Shown piece after piece: positions 62,054 through 64,000 of a DNA stretch of 64,000 bases (within the stretch, counting starts at the first letter, position 1; each line of letters begins with the position of its first letter). This DNA comes from an uncultured delta proteobacterium (GTDB taxonomy: Bacteria; Desulfobacterota; Binatia; Binatales; Binataceae). The stretch is from assembly GCA_963724765.1 (NCBI GenBank), contig CAVRVY010000004.1, forward strand, positions 1,568,001 to 1,632,000. The letters are read 5' to 3'. The position numbers were made by a program, and so were the translations under genes. The notes below the pieces were generated by a model. It searched no databases. It saw only the letters and a list, made by a program, of their open reading frames with translations, and had not been told where the DNA came from.

Positions 62054-63149
62054 TGTGCCTCCCGAAAACCTCATCCTGGATGACGCGCGGGTCAGCGTAT
62101 GGTAATGAAGCGGCCGATGGTCGCGTTTCTGACCCAGCTGCTGCTTGCTATACGGTCGCGGTTCACGGGGCGCGCGCGGCTTGAGGCCGAGAATCTCATC
62201 CTGCGCCAACAGCTGGTAGTTCTACGGCGCAAGTCCCCGACGCGCGTGAGACTGTGGAACATCGATCGCTTGCTGTTGGTATGGCTGTATCGACTGTACC
62301 CCTCGCTCCTGGACGCGATCATCATCGTCCAGCCGGAGACCGTGCTCCGCTGGCACCGACGTGGTTTCCGCGCCTACTGGCGCTGGAAGTCCGGCCGCGT
62401 CGGCGGCCGTCCACGGATTGATTCCGAGATGCGAGCGCTGATCCGGCGCATGAGCCGCGAGAACCCGCTGTGGGGCGCACCGCGGATCCACGGCGAATTG
62501 TTGATGCTTGGAATCGAGGTCGCTGAATCAACCGTCGGCAGGTATATGGTCCGGCGCCGCCGACCACCGTCCCAAGGTTGGAAGACTTTCTTGCGCAATC
62601 ACGTTGGCGGCATCGCTTCGCTGGATCTGTTCGTCGTACCCACGATCTCGTTCAAGCTGCTCTACGGCTTGGTGATCCTGCGTCACGCCCGCAGGCGACT
62701 AGTCGCGATCAGCGTCACTACCAATCCGACTGCCGAGTGGATCGCTGGGCAGGTGACTGACGCTTTCCCCTGGGACGAAACGCCAAGTCACCTGATTCGC
62801 GACCGCGACAGGGCATTCGGTCCAGCCTACACCCAGCGCATTCGGGCAATGGGGATCCGCGATCATCCGACCGCGCCGCATTCACCGTGGCAGAACGGCC
62901 ACGTCGAGCGCCTCATCGGCTCGATTCGGCGCGAAAGCCTCGATCACTTGGTGGTGTTCGACGAAGCGCAGTTGCGTCGCGTTCTGAAGAATTACGCTTC
63001 TTATTACAATCGGGTCCGAACGCATCTCTCATTGGACCAGAATGCGCCGGATTTTCGACGCCCACAGAAGCTCGGCCCCATCGCAGCCATCTCAATTCTG
63101 GGTGGGCTGCACCACCAATATGTAAGGGTTTAGATTTTGACTAAGCACA
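62054..63149 (+). mobile_element. IS3/IS481-related rve-integrase element with TGT...ACA ends
   Basis: Imperfect IRs TGTGCCTCCCGAAAACCT / AGATTTTGACTAAGCACA; truncates an IS3 (left) and a DMT gene (right). Confidence 0.75.
62105..63133 (+). CDS. rve integrase-core (DDE) transposase
   Basis: ENPLWGAPRIHGEL, DLF, LIRDRD, SPWQNG.VER.IGSIRRE, YYN..RTH.SL. Confidence 0.9.
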   Translation: MKRPMVAFLTQLLLAIRSRFTGRARLEAENLILRQQLVVLRRKSPTRVRLWNIDRLLLVWLYRLYPSLLDAIIIVQPETVLRWHRRGFRAYWRWKSGRVGGRPRIDSEMRALIRRMSRENPLWGAPRIHGELLMLGIEVAESTVGRYMVRRRRPPSQGWKTFLRNHVGGIASLDLFVVPTISFKLLYGLVILRHARRRLVAISVTTNPTAEWIAGQVTDAFPWDETPSHLIRDRDRAFGPAYTQRIRAMGIRDHPTAPHSPWQNGHVERLIGSIRRESLDHLVVFDEAQLRRVLKNYASYYNRVRTHLSLDQNAPDFRRPQKLGPIAAISILGGLHHQYVRV

Positions 63150-63566
63150 GCCGTGGGAGCGCTTTGTTATGGTGTCAGCATCGTCCTCGACGTGAAGGCG
63201 CTTCGTGTGCTCGGTGCGGCGCGAGAATCCGCGTACTTTGCGACCGCGCCGTTCGTCGGTGCGCTCCTGTCGATTGTCGTCTTTGGCGAACACCCCAAGC
63301 CGTCGGAACTCGCGGGCACAACGCTCATGATCATCGGAGTGGCGATCTTAGTCCGAGCGAGACATGGTCATCTCCATTCGCACGAGATCATGCTTCATGA
63401 GCATCTGCACGTTCACGACGAACATCATCAGCACCAACACGAAGGAGTGTTTTCCGAACCGCATTCGCATCCGCACGAACATTCCGGCCCGATCCATGAG
63501 CACCAGCACGTTTCGGATATGCACCATCGGCACAGCCATAGAATCTCGGATTCTCGATCAGCATAG
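63150..63566 (+). pseudogene. C-terminal part of an EamA/DMT transporter with His-rich tail
   Basis: YG.SI.L...ALR.LGAARESAYFATAPF.G; HxH-rich C terminus; 5' part missing at the IS end. Confidence 0.75.
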
Positions 63567-64000
63567 AGAAAGTTCGAGCGATCGGTTAGGGTACGCCGCG
63601 ATGCGGCGATTTCTGGCCGGCGCTAGCTGGCTAAAAGCACAACGTTCTTGCGACCCACATTTTCGCGGTCGAGTATATTCGATCGCACTACGGCACCATC
63701 TGAGAAGAGGACAACTTTACCTGGCTGTTCACCCTCATTGTGTAGTCCCATCTATTCTATCGCCGGCTTCAAACAGTTGTATCCGCCGCATCGGCGTCAG
63801 GGTTCAGCCCCGGTCGTCGGGCCCAAACCTTGCGGACGGCGGACGTTTGGTTTACAAGGCGAGTTGAAATCAGAGAGCAAAATAGAAATCCCGATTTAAT
63901 TGCGAGGTAAAGAAATTGTCCCAACCCCAGCATATCTGTGCTCTTCACTTGCCTGAGCTTCGACGGGAAAATCTCAAACCCGACATCCAAAAATATTTCG

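Noticed and set aside
63360-63545. Repetitive CA(C/T) pattern as a DNA repeat
   Set aside because: Explained by the His-rich tail of the DMT transporter fragment.

Overview
GC-rich bacterial accessory region with three parts. (1) 1-10.4 kb is the right end of a phage/satellite-like integrated element. It carries orphan ORFs, a structured intergenic RNA candidate, a stand-alone TIR-like gene, a split ParB-MT-A70 methyltransferase, an HTH gene followed by a tRNA-like RNA with a 40-nt anticodon loop, an IS21 and integrase arm-type repeats. (2) 10.4-19.6 kb holds nested mobile DNA. An IS110 bridge-recombinase element sits in the terminal repeat of an rve-integrase IS, and its bridge-RNA guides can be read from the sequence. 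They match that site, and an empty variant site lies at 63.1 kb. A serine-recombinase/DUF2924 element lies between 16-bp tRNA-3'-like direct repeats. (3) 19.7-61 kb is an organosulfur/sulfonate catabolic island. It encodes Xsc and a phosphotransacylase, a Rieske oxygenase and reductase, GFA and FrmA, DszC/SfnB-, NtaA/DszA- and SfnG/RutA-like flavin monooxygenases, an FMN reductase, a sulfite-oxidase-family enzyme, a Mo-bisPGD/FeS/NrfD complex, TauE, a haloalkane dehalogenase and two ETF sets. An amidohydrolase is present as an inverted mosaic duplicate plus a relic. A shared 21-bp motif in five promoters suggests one regulon, possibly under the local IclR. No known entry route to sulfoacetaldehyde is encoded in the window. 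Family assignments come from motif recognition only; no database searches were run.
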